DNA of 64,000 nt from Octopus sinensis. Lineage: Eukaryota. A program made the position numbers and the translations under genes. Below the pieces are notes generated by a model. It was not told where the DNA came from. It saw only the letters and a list, made by a program, of their open reading frames with translations, and did no database searches. Below, piece by piece: positions 1 through 13,239 of this stretch (the first letter of the stretch is position 1; each line of letters opens with the position of its first letter). The stretch spans positions 12,958,001 through 13,022,000 of the forward strand of contig NC_042998.1 of the NCBI RefSeq assembly GCF_006345805.1, given 5' to 3'.

Positions 1-51
1 AAAATCTTGTGGGAGGGGGACTAATCGATGGCATGGACACTATTGCTCATC

Positions 52-135
52 TGGTAATTATTTCATTGACCCCTAAAGAAAGAGGAAGTTAATCTCGGCA
101 GAATTTGAACTCGATCCCTGAAACCGGAAGAAATA
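52..135 (-). mobile_element. Remnant of tRNA-derived SINE family B
   Basis: ttcattgacccc...ctcggcagaatttgaactc matches the copies at 19235-19457 and 29259-29392. Confidence 0.6.
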
Positions 136-187
136 CAGCTAATCACTTTCCTCGTTGCTCAATTTCAGCTCGATATTATCTCAATAA

Positions 188-581
188 TCTTTATATATGA
201 AAGTGAAGTTGTGTGTCTGTCTCCTACGATTTAGATTCCTAACTACTCCCACATTTTGCGGTGCAGTTTAACCAAAACCAGGTATCTTATAGTCGTGATT
301 CATATCGAGCCCTTCTGGGTATTAGCGCGTCTACGATGAGTCTACGATTTTTAAAAAAATTATCATTGTTTTTTCCATTTTAATGCATTTTTTCGCTATT
401 ATATAAGGGAAGTAACTCTCTAAAAATGTCTACGATGAGTCAACGATTAAAAAAAATTACCATCAGTTCTTTTCCATTTTTCATGCATTTTTTTTTTGCT
501 ATTTTTTGGCTATAACTCTCTAAAAATGCTTATATAGTTATTTCCCTTACAAACCCGAGGAACGCCGGGCGATACTGCTAG
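188..581 (+). mobile_element. Non-autonomous Helitron
   Basis: Starts A|TC at 188, ends CTAG|T at 578-582, subterminal hairpin cccg-aggaacgc-cggg (554-569), internal ~97-bp tandem duplication; termini shared with 34753-35137. Confidence 0.8.
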
Positions 582-1820
582 TATATCATAAAGAAGTCAT
601 AATGTTAATTACTGAGTTTAAACAAACTTGCCGCGATGATGCATTTGAAATTCTAAAAATTAGAATTGACACCCTACGAGTTGGTGATACGAAAATGCGT
701 CTATTTTTTCCGGAAATAATGAATCCTTCTTTTAATTGTTTTTCCAAATGAGAACTCATTATAAACAATTGCTTTTATCAATTCCTACGTTCGTTTCGCC
801 ATTGTGATTCTTTGGAATCTGTGTATTGGATGTTTCAAGTGCAACTGGTTGCTTAGCTGGAACGGAATACTTTATTGCATAATGTTACATACATCAGATG
901 TTACAGAAATCAAATGTCCTACATTCCCTGTGTCTATTATAAGTAGTAGAACTACTACGTGTGTATGTATTTGTGTGTATGTGTGTGTGTGGGATGTCTA
1001 CGTACAGCTAAATATTTTCGCAGATGTATGTATAAATACATATGTTGGCACACACACATACACACACTCACATTTATATATATATATATATATCCGTCTA
1101 TGATATGTGTTGTGTGAGAGACGTATCTAATGGTATGTGCGTTTGTGTAAGAGAATATTAACAAGAAATTCATCGATCGCAATTATTCAAATGGTAAATT
1201 TAAACTCACCCAAAGGTGATAGGTAAAATATTTTGAGTTTAATTATTACATAAGTATAAAAGGATTAATGGCTCAGTAAGAACATTAACTGCAACTTATA
1301 TGAATAGATTGATTATAATGGAATGTAATGGAATATTGCTTTAAGCAACTGTTAAATATACATGTTTACGAATAGATATTATTCCTTCACATTTGTATAT
1401 GTAACATAAGCACATAGAAAATTACAATAATATATTTAGCAGTTCAGAACTTCTAACATTAATATATACGGATTATTTATGTAATACACATGATAAAGTA
1501 GGAATGAGAAACGTACAAAATTTTGAAGAATACATATAAAATAAAACAAAAAGCGAGAGAGATGTAGTTTTGGTGAGGAAATAATTATTCATCCACATCG
1601 AATGCAATACGTAACTTTTGATAGTTATGTAATGCCCAAAGCATTAAAACTCTAATAATAAATAGTTATACAGAATTTGAAAATGATATAATTATTTTCA
1701 TTTTTGAAGAGTGTAGGAGAGAACATTGAAAATGTTTTCGTTATATTGCTACTTCAGCATATAGGGCGCTACATAATAATGGATGACAAACTGGGCTTTA
1801 CATATATTTTCCTACATAAG

Positions 1821-2915
1821 TAATCATCATCATCATCATTGTTCAACCGTGGTCGAGACAATGGAATTTACCATGCTATGCCAAACTTCACGGTCCACCA
1901 TGGCATTACGGAGGTCCTGTTGCTGGATGCCTGTATCCCTGGAGATTACATCAAGGTAGGAGAGTGTGCGCCCTTTGGTATTGCGAGTAGATGGCTTCCA
2001 GAGGAGAAGAGTAGAAATTGCCTCGTTTTCAGCTCTACAACAATGTCCATCAAACTGGACTCTCCTACCTTTCACGAGAGATGACACAGGTGGTAGTTTC
2101 TCATATATTTGCATTTTGGTTGGATGACGCTTCCACGAGAGATTTTGAGCTCTCATAAGGAGGCGAATGTAGGTTCCATCCAACCGCCTCTCAAGCTTCT
2201 TTGATAACGTCCAGGTTTCTGAGCCATATAGTAGAATTGGTTCGACTGTGGCTTTGAAGATTTCAAGTTTGAAGTCTCTACTTAGATTTGACGACCAGAT
2301 CTTATGCATGTCATTACAGCCTGACCAGGCCATACCCTTTCTAGTTAGAAAATCTTTTCCAGATGATGATATGTATGACCCAAGATATTTGTAATCAGAA
2401 ATCATATTTAGGAGCGCATTGTTGAGAGTATGGATGATGCAATCACTGTTGGACAGGCACTTGTTTATATATTCAGTCTTGGCCACATTGAGGTAAAGAC
2501 CTACACAATTTGAGGCTTGTTCGAGAGATTGTAAAAGGGACTGGGCATTGGAGAGAGAATCCCTAATAAGAGCGATGTCGTCAGCAAAGTCAGTGTCTGT
2601 CAAGTATTCAGCTGGGTGTCTGGAACTTCTTGGTTTTATTTCAAAGCCCTTGTCAGAGATGGTATCAACTGACATACGTAGCACATAGTCAACGACAATG
2701 ATGAAAAGAAATGGGGCGAGTGTGTACCCTTGGAGTATTCCGGCTTTGATTGAGAAAGATGATGTTTCACCGTCAGGGGTTAAGATGGCTGAAGACGTAT
2801 CTGTGTAGAGGACCTTAATGGCAGAATTGATTTTGTCTGGTATCCCATAGAGCTTAAGGATTTCAAACATCTTGTACCTATCTACAGAGTCGAACGCTTT
2901 AGAAAAGTCTAAATG
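1821..2915 (-). mobile_element. 5'-truncated RTE-clade (RTE-X-like) LINE: RT C-terminal half with (ATG)n tail
   Basis: Open frame LDFSKAFDSVDR...QGYTLAPFLF...TDFADDIAL...YKYLGS...RRVQFDGHC; the stop at 1836-1838 runs into an (ATG)n tail. The N-terminal ~40 aa of ORF 1836..3035 are flank read-through. Confidence 0.92.
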
Positions 2916-3429
2916 TGTATATTCCCTTCTTAACCTTAGCAACGATATATATTGAGTTGCCCGTAGATGTATAGCTATGAATATTGTGCATTTATTGACA
3001 TTCTTGAAATGTAATTGAAAATGATGAGTGAACACTGATAAAAACTTCTAACAAGTTAATTTCAAATTAGACGTAATAGTTTAAGCAAGGAAATTATTGA
3101 GAAAGATTGTTTGTGTTTTGTCAGAATTGCTTTTATAGTTAGATGTATTTGGAAGAAATACTACAGCTCAAATTATAATTCAGAAATTGCAATTAAAACC
3201 GTGTGATGTGCTCATCTTATAGTGGCTCTCAATCTGATAAAACCCAGAAATATATTATTCACATTTTAGTAACATTAAAATTTGTAGGCTTCATGTAAAT
3301 TCTTACAGGTTTAACTTCGTTTTGACGTATCTGTTTAGAAATAATTTAATTACTATCATGACTCCTTCTCGAATCATATAGATACTTAACGCTGCTTTCC
3401 CGGATATTCTGGCGCATAATCTCCTCCGA

Positions 3430-3604
3430 ACTGGCGGAGTCAGTCGTAGGAATACTCTCACGTTTCCTAGTCAGCTGAGTGGACTGAATCAACCTGAAAT
3501 GAAATGTTTTACTGAAGGACAACGCGCGACACGTTCCAGGAATCGAAACAACAATCTTATATTCATGAATTCAAAACACTAACCAAAAGCCAATGCGCCT
3601 CCAC
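3430..3604 (-). mobile_element. tRNA-derived SINE (head related to 10648-10912)
   Basis: Reverse complement gtggaggcgcattggc...tttcgattcctgg...cagtccactcagctg shows a degenerate A/B-box tRNA-like head. Confidence 0.65.
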
Positions 3605-5264
3605 ATTCATAAGTGTGTATTTTGAATAAATTTTTAGAGGAGTCTTGGAGGGCAATGCACTTTGAATTAATATGTGTGTTATGTAATCATTTATTGCTCC
3701 TCTAATGACTAGAAAATGTAACATATCCGACCATGATTTAAACTGGCTGCGCTTGTTTGTATAACAATCAGTTTATCTCAGAAACGGCTGAATATCTTAT
3801 AAGATAAATATAGGAAGTCTGTTTGACATTCACTTGCGTGTTAACAGTAAATCATATATTAAGCGACCTTTACTACAGAATTATTACTATAAGTCAAATT
3901 ATAAATTTGCAATAAGTGATCAAAACTGTACCATGCGATGGGATTTTCAATATCCTGGCTGCACACCTATGGCGTTTATTAAAAAATACATATTAATAAA
4001 TTTGATTTCTTTTTGCTCAGTAATAATGTATCATATTTATTGAGGAATGGTGTGGAGATAGTATGACATTAATATATTTCCAATTACCGGAGAAAGTAAT
4101 GCAATTTTGCTCTTCCTGAGAACTAAGATTCAGTAAATGATTTCCTAGATATTATATATATATATATAATATATGTTAATAATAATTCAATTTCTCCAGA
4201 GACTTTCGTTTAAAATTTAGACATAATTCTGAGAAAATTATCCGAAGATTTAATCCATATTTAGTAACAAAACTTTCGTGTCTTGTTAATATGATTCAAT
4301 ATACGAACTTTTAACGAGGGTCGAAATGGACCGAGCTGTTGTATAATTAAATGCATTCGTCCCTTGCATTCAAAATTGTTTCTCAAAGACTAATTATATG
4401 AAATATAATATTTCTTGTTAGGTAAGATATATTACAATATAAAAGAAATGTGTATGTGTAACAGAGTGGTTGTTGTCAAACTGAATCATGCCTCAGTGTA
4501 AAGTGAAGCAGACAAGGCTCTTAATGTATATATCAAAAAGTCTAAATTAAATTAGTCTGACGTATAATAGGTTAAAGCCACTCTGAAAAAAAAAATTCAA
4601 TACAATTTGATATTACCAGACGAGTGAATTATAAGATATATTCACTGATATCTCAGATAATATACAATCAAAATCTGAGTATTATTTTAAATTCATCACG
4701 ATGTTGATATTCTATCATGGTGAGTTTGTCAACCATATTCAGATAAAGTATGTGTGATATAAGTAAAATCCATTAATAATTTTGAACAAAATATATAATC
4801 TATATACATATAACTACTCAATGATCGAGTAAGAATAAATAAATTTGAAGGGAATTCTAGTTGTTGCACCTACAATTGCTCTGTTTCTCGCTTATTATTC
4901 ATTATGTTCTACATTTGTTTCTTCTACACCATTCTCATTTTCACATTCGTCTTCTTAACACAACTATTAGCATAATTGCTTGTTGTTTATATACGTCTCT
5001 CTCCTTTATCACTGACTACAAGCATTACCGCATGAACAGCACTAACAAAGTTAACAAGAATAAAAGCTATAAGCTATAATAAACGCGCCTATAAAGGTGT
5101 CGTGTTCGTATGTTACAGATTCTCTCACTTGGAAGAACAGTATATTTTATATATTCTCTACAACTCTGTTACTATTATTAACGTTCAAGTATTTTATCCT
5201 ATGGTGATTATTGCTTCTACACTTATTCGATATTATGTATGAATGTATGAAAGCATGTATTTAA

Positions 5265-5283
5265 CTCTATGTATGTATGTATG

Positions 5284-5314
<31 letters not shown>

Positions 5315-5349
5315 ATCTATCTATATATATATGTGTGAATGTATGTATG

Positions 5350-5391
<42 letters not shown>

Positions 5392-5672
5392 TATATGTGT
5401 GTGTGTGTATATTTGTATATACATTTGAGTGTGGGTATGTGTGCGTGTTCGCTTGTCTATGTTTATGTGTATGTGTGTGTTTAGATATATATAAATATAT
5501 ATTTACATACATGCACACACATACATATATTCAATTATATATATTCATTTTGGCGGCTATTTCATTTCTTTCGCAAGCTGGCCATTCTCTTCAATATATT
5601 ATGATGATTAGTGTTGCTTTTAATAATAATAATAATACAGATAATAATAATGGTAATAATAATAATAATAAT
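5265..5672. repeat. Compound microsatellite (TATC)n/(TA)n/(TG)n plus (AAT)n
   Basis: Direct inspection. Confidence 0.9.
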
Positions 5673-6314
5673 ATTTTCACATCACTTTATAGAAAACGCA
5701 TATGGTTTAATTTTTTATCACGCTTTATTATATTAAGATTATCACTCCAGAGAGACGGAGAGAAATGATGAGAGGATAAGAATCTATGAGTGTGTGAATG
5801 TGTGCTCTTGTGCCTGTGTGTGAGTGTGTGTGATTGTTCTTGTGCCTGTGCGTAGCATGGGAATCTCAATGTGTCTAAGATTCATCTTCTTAATGCACGT
5901 CTTAAGGAAATTCAATGTATAACTGATCGATCAAGAATAATCGATTCATATAGATACTTTATAAAGACAAGCATTTAACAATAAATAAAGGAATATTATA
6001 GTTTTCTATAACTATTTATTTCTATTGCTTCGTATTGTGTATATGAATTGAAGCCATAATTCGAATCGAAATGCGTACGTGAATGCAGATATGAAATATC
6101 ATACTTTTGATCTCTTCACTAAAATAACGATGCCAATTGTGCTCTATGCATATTATGAAACCCACAGTAATGATGAATAAAGGCTTTAAGTTTCATATCT
6201 TCTTAAACATAAATATTTCATATTCACGAAAAAAGGAAAGAAAATAGGAAAATAGGAAAATCCATGGGAAATAGTTACATATTTGATATTCGATGGAAGC
6301 TATCATTCAAATAT

Positions 6315-6520
6315 GTATAATGAATGTATGTATTCATATATGTCTGCATATGCATGTGTGTATATATATGTAAGTGTATATATACATGCATATATATATG
6401 CGTGTATGTATGTATATATGTATGTATATATATATATTTACTTATATGTATATATATTTATATGTGTAGATGGATGTATATATGCACATATATTTGTGTG
6501 TTCGTTTGTATACACTTAAT
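6315..6520. repeat. Degenerate (TA)/(TG) microsatellite
   Basis: Direct inspection. Confidence 0.9.
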
Positions 6521-8313
6521 ATGTAGTTAAATATGCTATGAATGAAATAGCGTGCGTTTTACGAATGCCAATGCATAAAGCAAATATACGATTCACATGC
6601 TTATAACATCTTAGACATATTCATAGATATTTATACTGGAATAGCTATTTCTACACAAGAAATGAAAAAAATAGCGTTAATGAAAAAAATAAACATAAAA
6701 AAAAGAAAAGGCTGTAGCGTATCATTTTCAAAGGAACATTTGAAATCCATATATTTATATTAGTTATTCTATAAATAATACATTACGTAGTGTATTGAAA
6801 TTATAATGTGAATATCGGAATGAAAATATTTCCTCTCGGAAATTCGGCTTTACTAACAAGAATGTTGTTTGTACATATATATGTGGCAAAAAAAATAGCG
6901 CATGAAAATGATGACCGCCACCGGGACACGATTGAATATTGAGCAAACAAATCATAGATGCATATAGGCATACTGTATATTCATATATGATTCGTTTATA
7001 TGTATTTCTGCATAGGATTTTGCTGTATCTTTTAAAAGCGTGGCGAATTCGTACCTTGTAAATATGTATGATTTTAATGCAGATATTGAAATATTGTAAT
7101 GTATATATTCTGTGCATTTATCAAGAGGAATTTGTGAAAATATGCAAGGAAAGAGGAAGCATCAACTTCGTTAATGCAATATCAAAGAAATATACATTTT
7201 CCCCTTATATGCGAGCACCAATTCTAACATGTACACCAGCAGGCACATAGCCATATGGACAATCATTCATATGTGTGTACGTATGTATGTATGTATATAT
7301 ATATACATATAAAGGTATTGATGTATGCAAATATATATTAATTGCAAATGTTCGCACCAGTAAAACACGATAATTCACTACTTGTCTTTGAATGAAATAT
7401 TTACGAATTTATAGTCGTTGCCGTTAATTTTTCTTTTATTAGTTGTCCATACATTTATGCACACATACATTATCCGTGCAATATCCAAGCACACGGCAAA
7501 GAGCTATACTCTATTAGTCATCACATGGACAACAGCAATGCTTCATTTCGTATTACACTATCAACATTCCTTCACGTAAGAGTACAGGAATACTGTGTAA
7601 GCCGGCACAAACGTAAAAGTAACATAATGGTCAATTATTGTTTGTAAATTTATCGAAATCTCTCTGATAATATCTCGAGCAATTGTTGAAATATTAAATG
7701 AAATATATGTTTGCATCTGTTTGTGTGCGGATACGTTGTTTACGATGTACATCTATTACATCTACACTCACCTTGATGGCAGATGAACGCACTAAGCGCG
7801 CAACATGAATAAACAACTTATAAAAGAAGCTTGGAAAGGTCTACTGGTATCAAATGTAATACACGTGTTTTTCGACACATGACAGGCATAAATCACTCTT
7901 TCTTCTATGTCTCCTAAAACTACCACTTTTGCAATATTCTCTTTGAAGCTGCCTTGCATCTTTTCCACTTCGTTCACGGTTTTCCAAATAATTCATCTTT
8001 AAATTTTTCTGCGTTTGTATTTTTATACTCATTACCCGTTGTCATAGTCTTCTCAGATAGTTGAGCGTTCGTAATTGATCACCAACAATTTCCGCCACCG
8101 TCGACGAGGAACAATTTAAAGAGAACACGAACGACGCAAATCTCACCATTATTGCAAGGTGCTTAAGCGTAACAGTATATCGCCTCCTCCATAATATTGT
8201 AATTTTGAGAATAAGCCGCATTTTTTATCTTATGTAGTTTACTTGAATTATGTTACATATCTAAGTTGATCAACCCTTGAAAGATTTCAGATGCAGTAAT
8301 ATTTCTTTACATA

Positions 8314-9592
8314 CGAGGGACGTTCAATAAGTAATGCCCCTGACCCACTTGCAATTGTTTGATCTAGCTGAAATTTTGCATGTGCAATTATTGATATCTC
8401 TACAGATTAAGTGGCAAATTACAGCTCTGAACTAATTGTGGTGTCTGATTTACAGGTGTTTGAACTGAGTCAGGTGTGAAATGGAGCCTGTTGAGTGTCG
8501 AGCAGTGATCCGGTTTTTGTATTTGAAAGGACGCACACGACTGGAGACTTTTGATGAAATGAAAGTAACTCATGGTGATGATGCCCCTTCATATGGCCTT
8601 GTAAAACACTGGCATCGTGAATTCAAACATGGTCGGAAACAACACCCAGATCTGGTCGTCCCACCTCTGCCATTGATGAGGCATCTGTCCGTCAAGTTGA
8701 AGCTGCCATTTTGGAAGGTCAACGCATAACTATTCGCCAAATAGCTCATGAGGTCAAGATTAGTACCGGGTCTGTGGAAACTATCATTCATAACCATTTG
8801 CATATGCAAAAGGTGTCTGCCAGATGGATTCCCAGGTTGCTCACACCTTTCCAGAAGCAAGAATGCGTCGAGTGCTCGAGGATGAATTTGGAGATGTGCC
8901 AAGAAGATGAGTCAAAATTTTTCAAAAGTCTGTCTACACAGGATGACACCTGCGTCCATCACTATGATCCAAAGAGCAAAGCCCAGTCAAGGCAGTGGAA
9001 GCACCGTGATTCACCTCCTCCAAAGAAGACAAGGGTGCAGCCCTCCGCTGGCAAGGTCATGCTGACAGTCTTCTGAGACCAGGACGGAGTAGTGATGACA
9101 GATTTCCTGGCAAAGGGTACCACAATTACCACTATTATGCTTCACTTTTGGGGAAATTAAGAGAAGCTATCAAAATCAAGAGGCGGGGCAAGATCAGCAA
9201 AGGCATCCTCTACCTGCAGGACAACGCTCCGGTCCACAACTCGCGTGTCGCAAGATCCGAAGCACAGGCGTGCGGCTATGAACTCCTCCACCATCTCCCC
9301 TACTCTCCTGACCTTGCATCCTCTGATTTTCACCTCTTCCCAGCCATGAAGTTGTTTTTGAAAGGAAAGCGTTTCCCAGATGATGCAGCCCTGATTTCTG
9401 AAGTCACGTCGTGGTTGGAGGACCAAGCTGTGGTCTTCTACAAAAACGGTCTCCAGAGCTGCATCAAACAATGGGAGAAATGCGTAACTCTGGGTGGTTC
9501 CTATGTAGAAAACGATTAATAACTGTGCCAATTTTCTTTGCTCTACTGCAATGGGAAGTGGGTTAGGGGCATTGCATATTGAACGCCCCTCG
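8314..9592 (+). mobile_element. Full-length defective mariner transposon (D34D, irritans-like)
   Basis: TA at 8312-8313 and 9593-9594; 37-bp TIRs with 4 mismatches (cgagggacgttcaataag...); length 1279 bp. Confidence 0.95.
8481..9519 (+). pseudogene. Mariner transposase pseudogene
   Basis: MEPVECRAVIRFL, WIPRLLT, TQDDTCVHHYDP, LQDNAPVH, YSPDLASSDFHLF; frameshift near 8640, TGG>TGA at 9074-9076, frameshift near 9128. Confidence 0.93.
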
Positions 9593-10229
9593 TATAATAG
9601 ATTTGAAAGTTGGCAGTTACTAAATATCTTTCTACCGACACAAATAAATTAATGGTTAAAATCAAAAATAATTTTGTACTTATTCAATGATATTTATGTT
9701 CAGGAGTGAAATACGTGTGAACAAATTTCAAAATATTCTAGCAATGGTATAACGGAATTTAATTTATTGTATTGTAACATGGAATTTTTTCTTTGATATT
9801 TTTCATTATTTATCGAAGCTATTAATCATAGTGTGTTATACATTGGGTATTTATAACCAGTTTTTTGTAAACATCTCATTGTTATAGTTCGTAGCAAAAT
9901 TGAAACTGTGGTAATAATCTGTATAAATTTCATGGGAATGTAACGTTCATAAATATACTGCGATTTCTTTTTAGATATTCTGTATTTAATAGTATCTCGG
10001 TTTATGCTAATAACCAGGCAGATGAAAGCGCTTATGCTAGCACTGTAGTGTTTTAGATTTAACTCTTTGACGATATAGGACGGACTGTGATTGAGCGATT
10101 GTCATTACAAATACATGTAAATCTAAAATATCTAAACAAAACGCAGACAATTTTATCGTCATTATATCATGTCATTATATCATCCATACAAATATCAAAC
10201 AGTTCTCCAAACGTTTCAACTCATAACAG

Positions 10230-10298
10230 TTTATTTAAAAACAGCAGGCATGTCTTTTCAAGCCCATTATTGTAACATCACTGAAAGCAAAGTCTTTT
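10230..10298 (+). CDS. Candidate internal exon of an unidentified host gene (YLKTAGMSFQAHYCNITESKVF)
   Basis: cag acceptor at 10227-10229, strong donor gtaagt at 10299, 69-nt open symmetric phase-1 exon; no homology recognised. Confidence 0.25.
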
Positions 10299-10647
10299 GT
10301 AAGTATAATTTTGGATAAAATAGGTTAAATTGTATAGCTTCAATTGCAAATGGTGATTATTATTCGTAACAGCTAATAAACGCACGGAATGTAGCCTACT
10401 TTTCAATTTTAAAATTGTATAATATAAAATATATTCATTACGCATAACTACTACCATGTAGGTCAGATTTATCAATATTAATTGTATTATCTAAACTTTT
10501 ATAGATGTGATACGCATAAAAGAATTAAACTAAAATAGTATTAAATAAACTTTTATAGATATGATACGCATAAAAAAGTAATATTTAGAGCAATATAAAT
10601 ACCAATCACTCAGCAAGAATTATTTTGATGTTGCTAGACACTTTTGA

Positions 10648-10912
10648 GTGGAGGCACATGACCTAGTGGTTAGAGTACCGGATTCGCGATCGACGGATCA
10701 CGAGTTCGAATTTAAGACCGGGTGATGTTTGTGTATATGAGCGACACACCTAAGCTCCGCTCGGCTCCGGCAGAAGATAAAGGCAAACTTCTGCTGACTC
10801 TCTCGCCACAACTTTCTCTCACTCTTTCTTCCTGCATCTTGCAGCTCACCTGCGACGGACCGGTGTCCCGTCCAGATGGGGAACCTATACGCCTAGGAAA
10901 CCGGCCCTATGC
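10648..10912 (+). mobile_element. tRNA-derived SINE family C
   Basis: A-box-like tagtggttagag and B-box-like gagttcgaat, followed by a non-tRNA body. Confidence 0.75.
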
Positions 10913-11233
10913 TCTACAAGGCGTAAAATGGATTAAGTAGAAGAAGACCTTTTTTAACTTCTTGGATGAGAGTATATAATACATTCTTATTAGTCCAAGT
11001 GGAATTGAGAATATATCCATATTTTGGCAAAAATTTTAGTTTGGCCGCACTACTTTCTGCGCCCGCGAGCAAAAAGTTGATACTTTTGGGGCTACTTAAC
11101 CAAAATTTCACCTTGAACGCTCCACTTTTCTTTCCAGTGTTGTGCTTGAAGAAATACATCAAAACGCAAGGCGATTATGTAGAAAAGTTATGTAATTAGG
11201 CGCAGGAGTGGCTGTGTGGTAAGTAGCTTGCTT

Positions 11234-11259
11234 ACTTCCGGTTACCCAGAATGCAACAC
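11234..11259 (+). promoter_or_regulatory. Candidate internal promoter: ETS-like ACTTCCGG next to Staf/ZNF143-like TACCCAGAATGCAACAC
   Basis: Motif match at the extreme 5' end of the inserted element; function inferred only. Confidence 0.35.
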
Positions 11260-13239
11260 TTGTTGGTCTGGACTGTTACAGTGAGAAGATGTGAGTTTCG
11301 GCTCCGTGAATAGAAAAAAAGAACAAAAAGAAAAATTGTCAAAAAGAAAAAATACTGGGTTCTCATCACCGTAACGGTGAATTGAGAATTTTTGCTTGAA
11401 AATTCTTTTTGTAAATTCTAGTGGGCGTATCTCGCCAGAAAAATAAGAATAAGCCATTTGGATTACCTTTTTTGAGGTATTATACAAAGGATTCCCTGTC
11501 TGTGCTATTTGTGAGGTTTTTCTTTTACTTTTCCCCTCTATTTTTTCTTTCTTTCTTTCATTCTTTTCATTACTTTAATTTCAGTTTCCTCCCCTCCTCT
11601 TTTATTTTGTTTCATTTTTTATTTGGTTTGAACTGTTTTTTGACATGGCACAGAAGGAACATAAAAGGAAAACTCTGTCTAAGAGTGGGAAATTAAACCG
11701 CCTAAGCAGTGGTTAAAAGATATGGAGGAGAAGACGATGGTACCTAGAACTTATTCTAAAGTTCTTAATTCTATCACCGTCTTCCCAAAACCAGTCATAA
11801 AAAATGAACTTAAAGAATATTTGTCCTCTTTAAAATATATATCCCGTGGTGTCAAACATGCAACCGTATGGTTGCTGTTTGACAACGGGGAAAAGGCTCG
11901 CCAGTTTGCGAGTCAGCCTTTAGAAGGGAAGGAAATTCTGTTCCTTCTGTCAAATTGTGGAAGAAAATTAATACGAGCCTGGGTATGTGGGTTACCCCCA
12001 GGCACCGAAGCAGATTGGATTGAAGATACCATCCGACGGGGACTGGGGTATGGCGGGCCCAGGCTCTTAAATGTGAGGGTATTGCCGGTGGTCGATTGGG
12101 AAGGGTCAAAAGCGATTTTGACCCTGTAGACCCCATCGGCCGCAACAGATCTGGTTTTTCCAGATTCCTTGAAAATGGCTGGCTGCAGGTATCCGGTGAT
12201 AATTGAGGGACGCCCCCCCCCCAAGTGTCACTCCTGCCTACAACCAGGCCACATTAAAAGGAACTGCCCCACCCCAGGACCATGGTAGGGTCCTGGAACA
12301 GTCACTAGATGCCACCTCCCCTACCCGGTCAAAGGGAGAGGTGGATGTGGTCAGGAGGCTTCAGCCTCTTCAACTCAAAAACGATTAAAAAGAAAGAAGG
12401 CGGGCAACAATAGTTGCCCGCCGAAGGAACTTAAGGCTTCAGGAGGCAGGGGAGAGTCTCCGGACAAAGCGGATGAGCTCCACTCTCCCGAAGTCAGGAA
12501 GAAAAGAAAAAAAAGAAGGAAGAAGAACGGGTCATCTCAGCGGGGAGATGATGTGCCGTCTGCATGTCCCGAAGTTGTGCCACCCATGGTGGAAGAAACC
12601 ACCCCAACTCTTAAAGATGATCAATTAATTATATCTTTCTATAAGAGCGGGGAGGTGGAAAAAATAGTAGAAGAACAAGAAGAGACAGTAGATATGCCCT
12701 TCACACGGGATCCCGAATGGCCTCTGCAGATAGCTGTGGAGGTCATAAGGTTTCCCTTGTGGGAAAGGCTTAAAGGATTTGGGGAGGAGTGTCGCATATG
12801 GCCGGGTGGCCCTTACACGACTTACCTGTCCTACAAGAGTGAAGCATGGGAAATGGCGGGATACAGGAACTCAAGCGGCATTGAAGATAATGATGAATAT
12901 ATCGATGAGTATAGCGAAAAGTAGGCGGTGAAAGACCCTCGTTATAGGGTTTGAAACCTCATCTTATTGTATTATTTGTAGAGGTTTATAACCTCAAGTG
13001 TGTATTTAAAAAAAAAAGATTAGCAAGAGGTTTTATTGCCTCCTTCTTGTAATAGGTTTGAAACATCATATTGATTTTTAAAAAAAGAAAATATGTTTTC
13101 GAGAAAAATCCAATCGGCTGGTGTTGGGTTTTGTCTGTCATTTATTCATTCTATTTCATTTTCATTCATTAATGTGTTTGTCCAGCCCGCAAAGCTACAC
13201 AATATTTGTACTGTCTATGATGACAAATTTTATGGAATA
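11236..13239 (+). mobile_element. ORF1-only (gag-like) non-LTR retroelement, L1/Tx1-like, with 15-bp TSD
   Basis: Bounded by an exact 15-bp TSD; 5' UTR, one ~400-codon frame with a CCHC knuckle, 3' UTR ending in AATAAA; no RT or endonuclease sequence recognised. Confidence 0.8.
11722..12924 (+). pseudogene. ORF1p/gag-like nucleic-acid-binding protein with zinc knuckle CHSCLQPGHIKRNC
   Basis: One frame of 401 codons interrupted only by TAG at 12127 and 12286; CX2CX4HX4C at 12226-12267; basic tract RKKRKKRRKK. Confidence 0.8.

Noticed and set aside
586-768. 60-aa - strand ORF with ordinary composition
   Set aside because: No recognisable homology or convincing splice boundaries
7760-8220. Strong - strand donor (AAG|gtgagt at 7771) below a CpG-richer patch, possible first exon and promoter
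   Set aside because: No acceptor, start or downstream exon could be tied to it from sequence alone
10648-10725. tRNA gene
   Set aside because: Only A/B-box-like remnants, no complete cloverleaf, and it continues into a SINE body; the same holds for the other SINE heads
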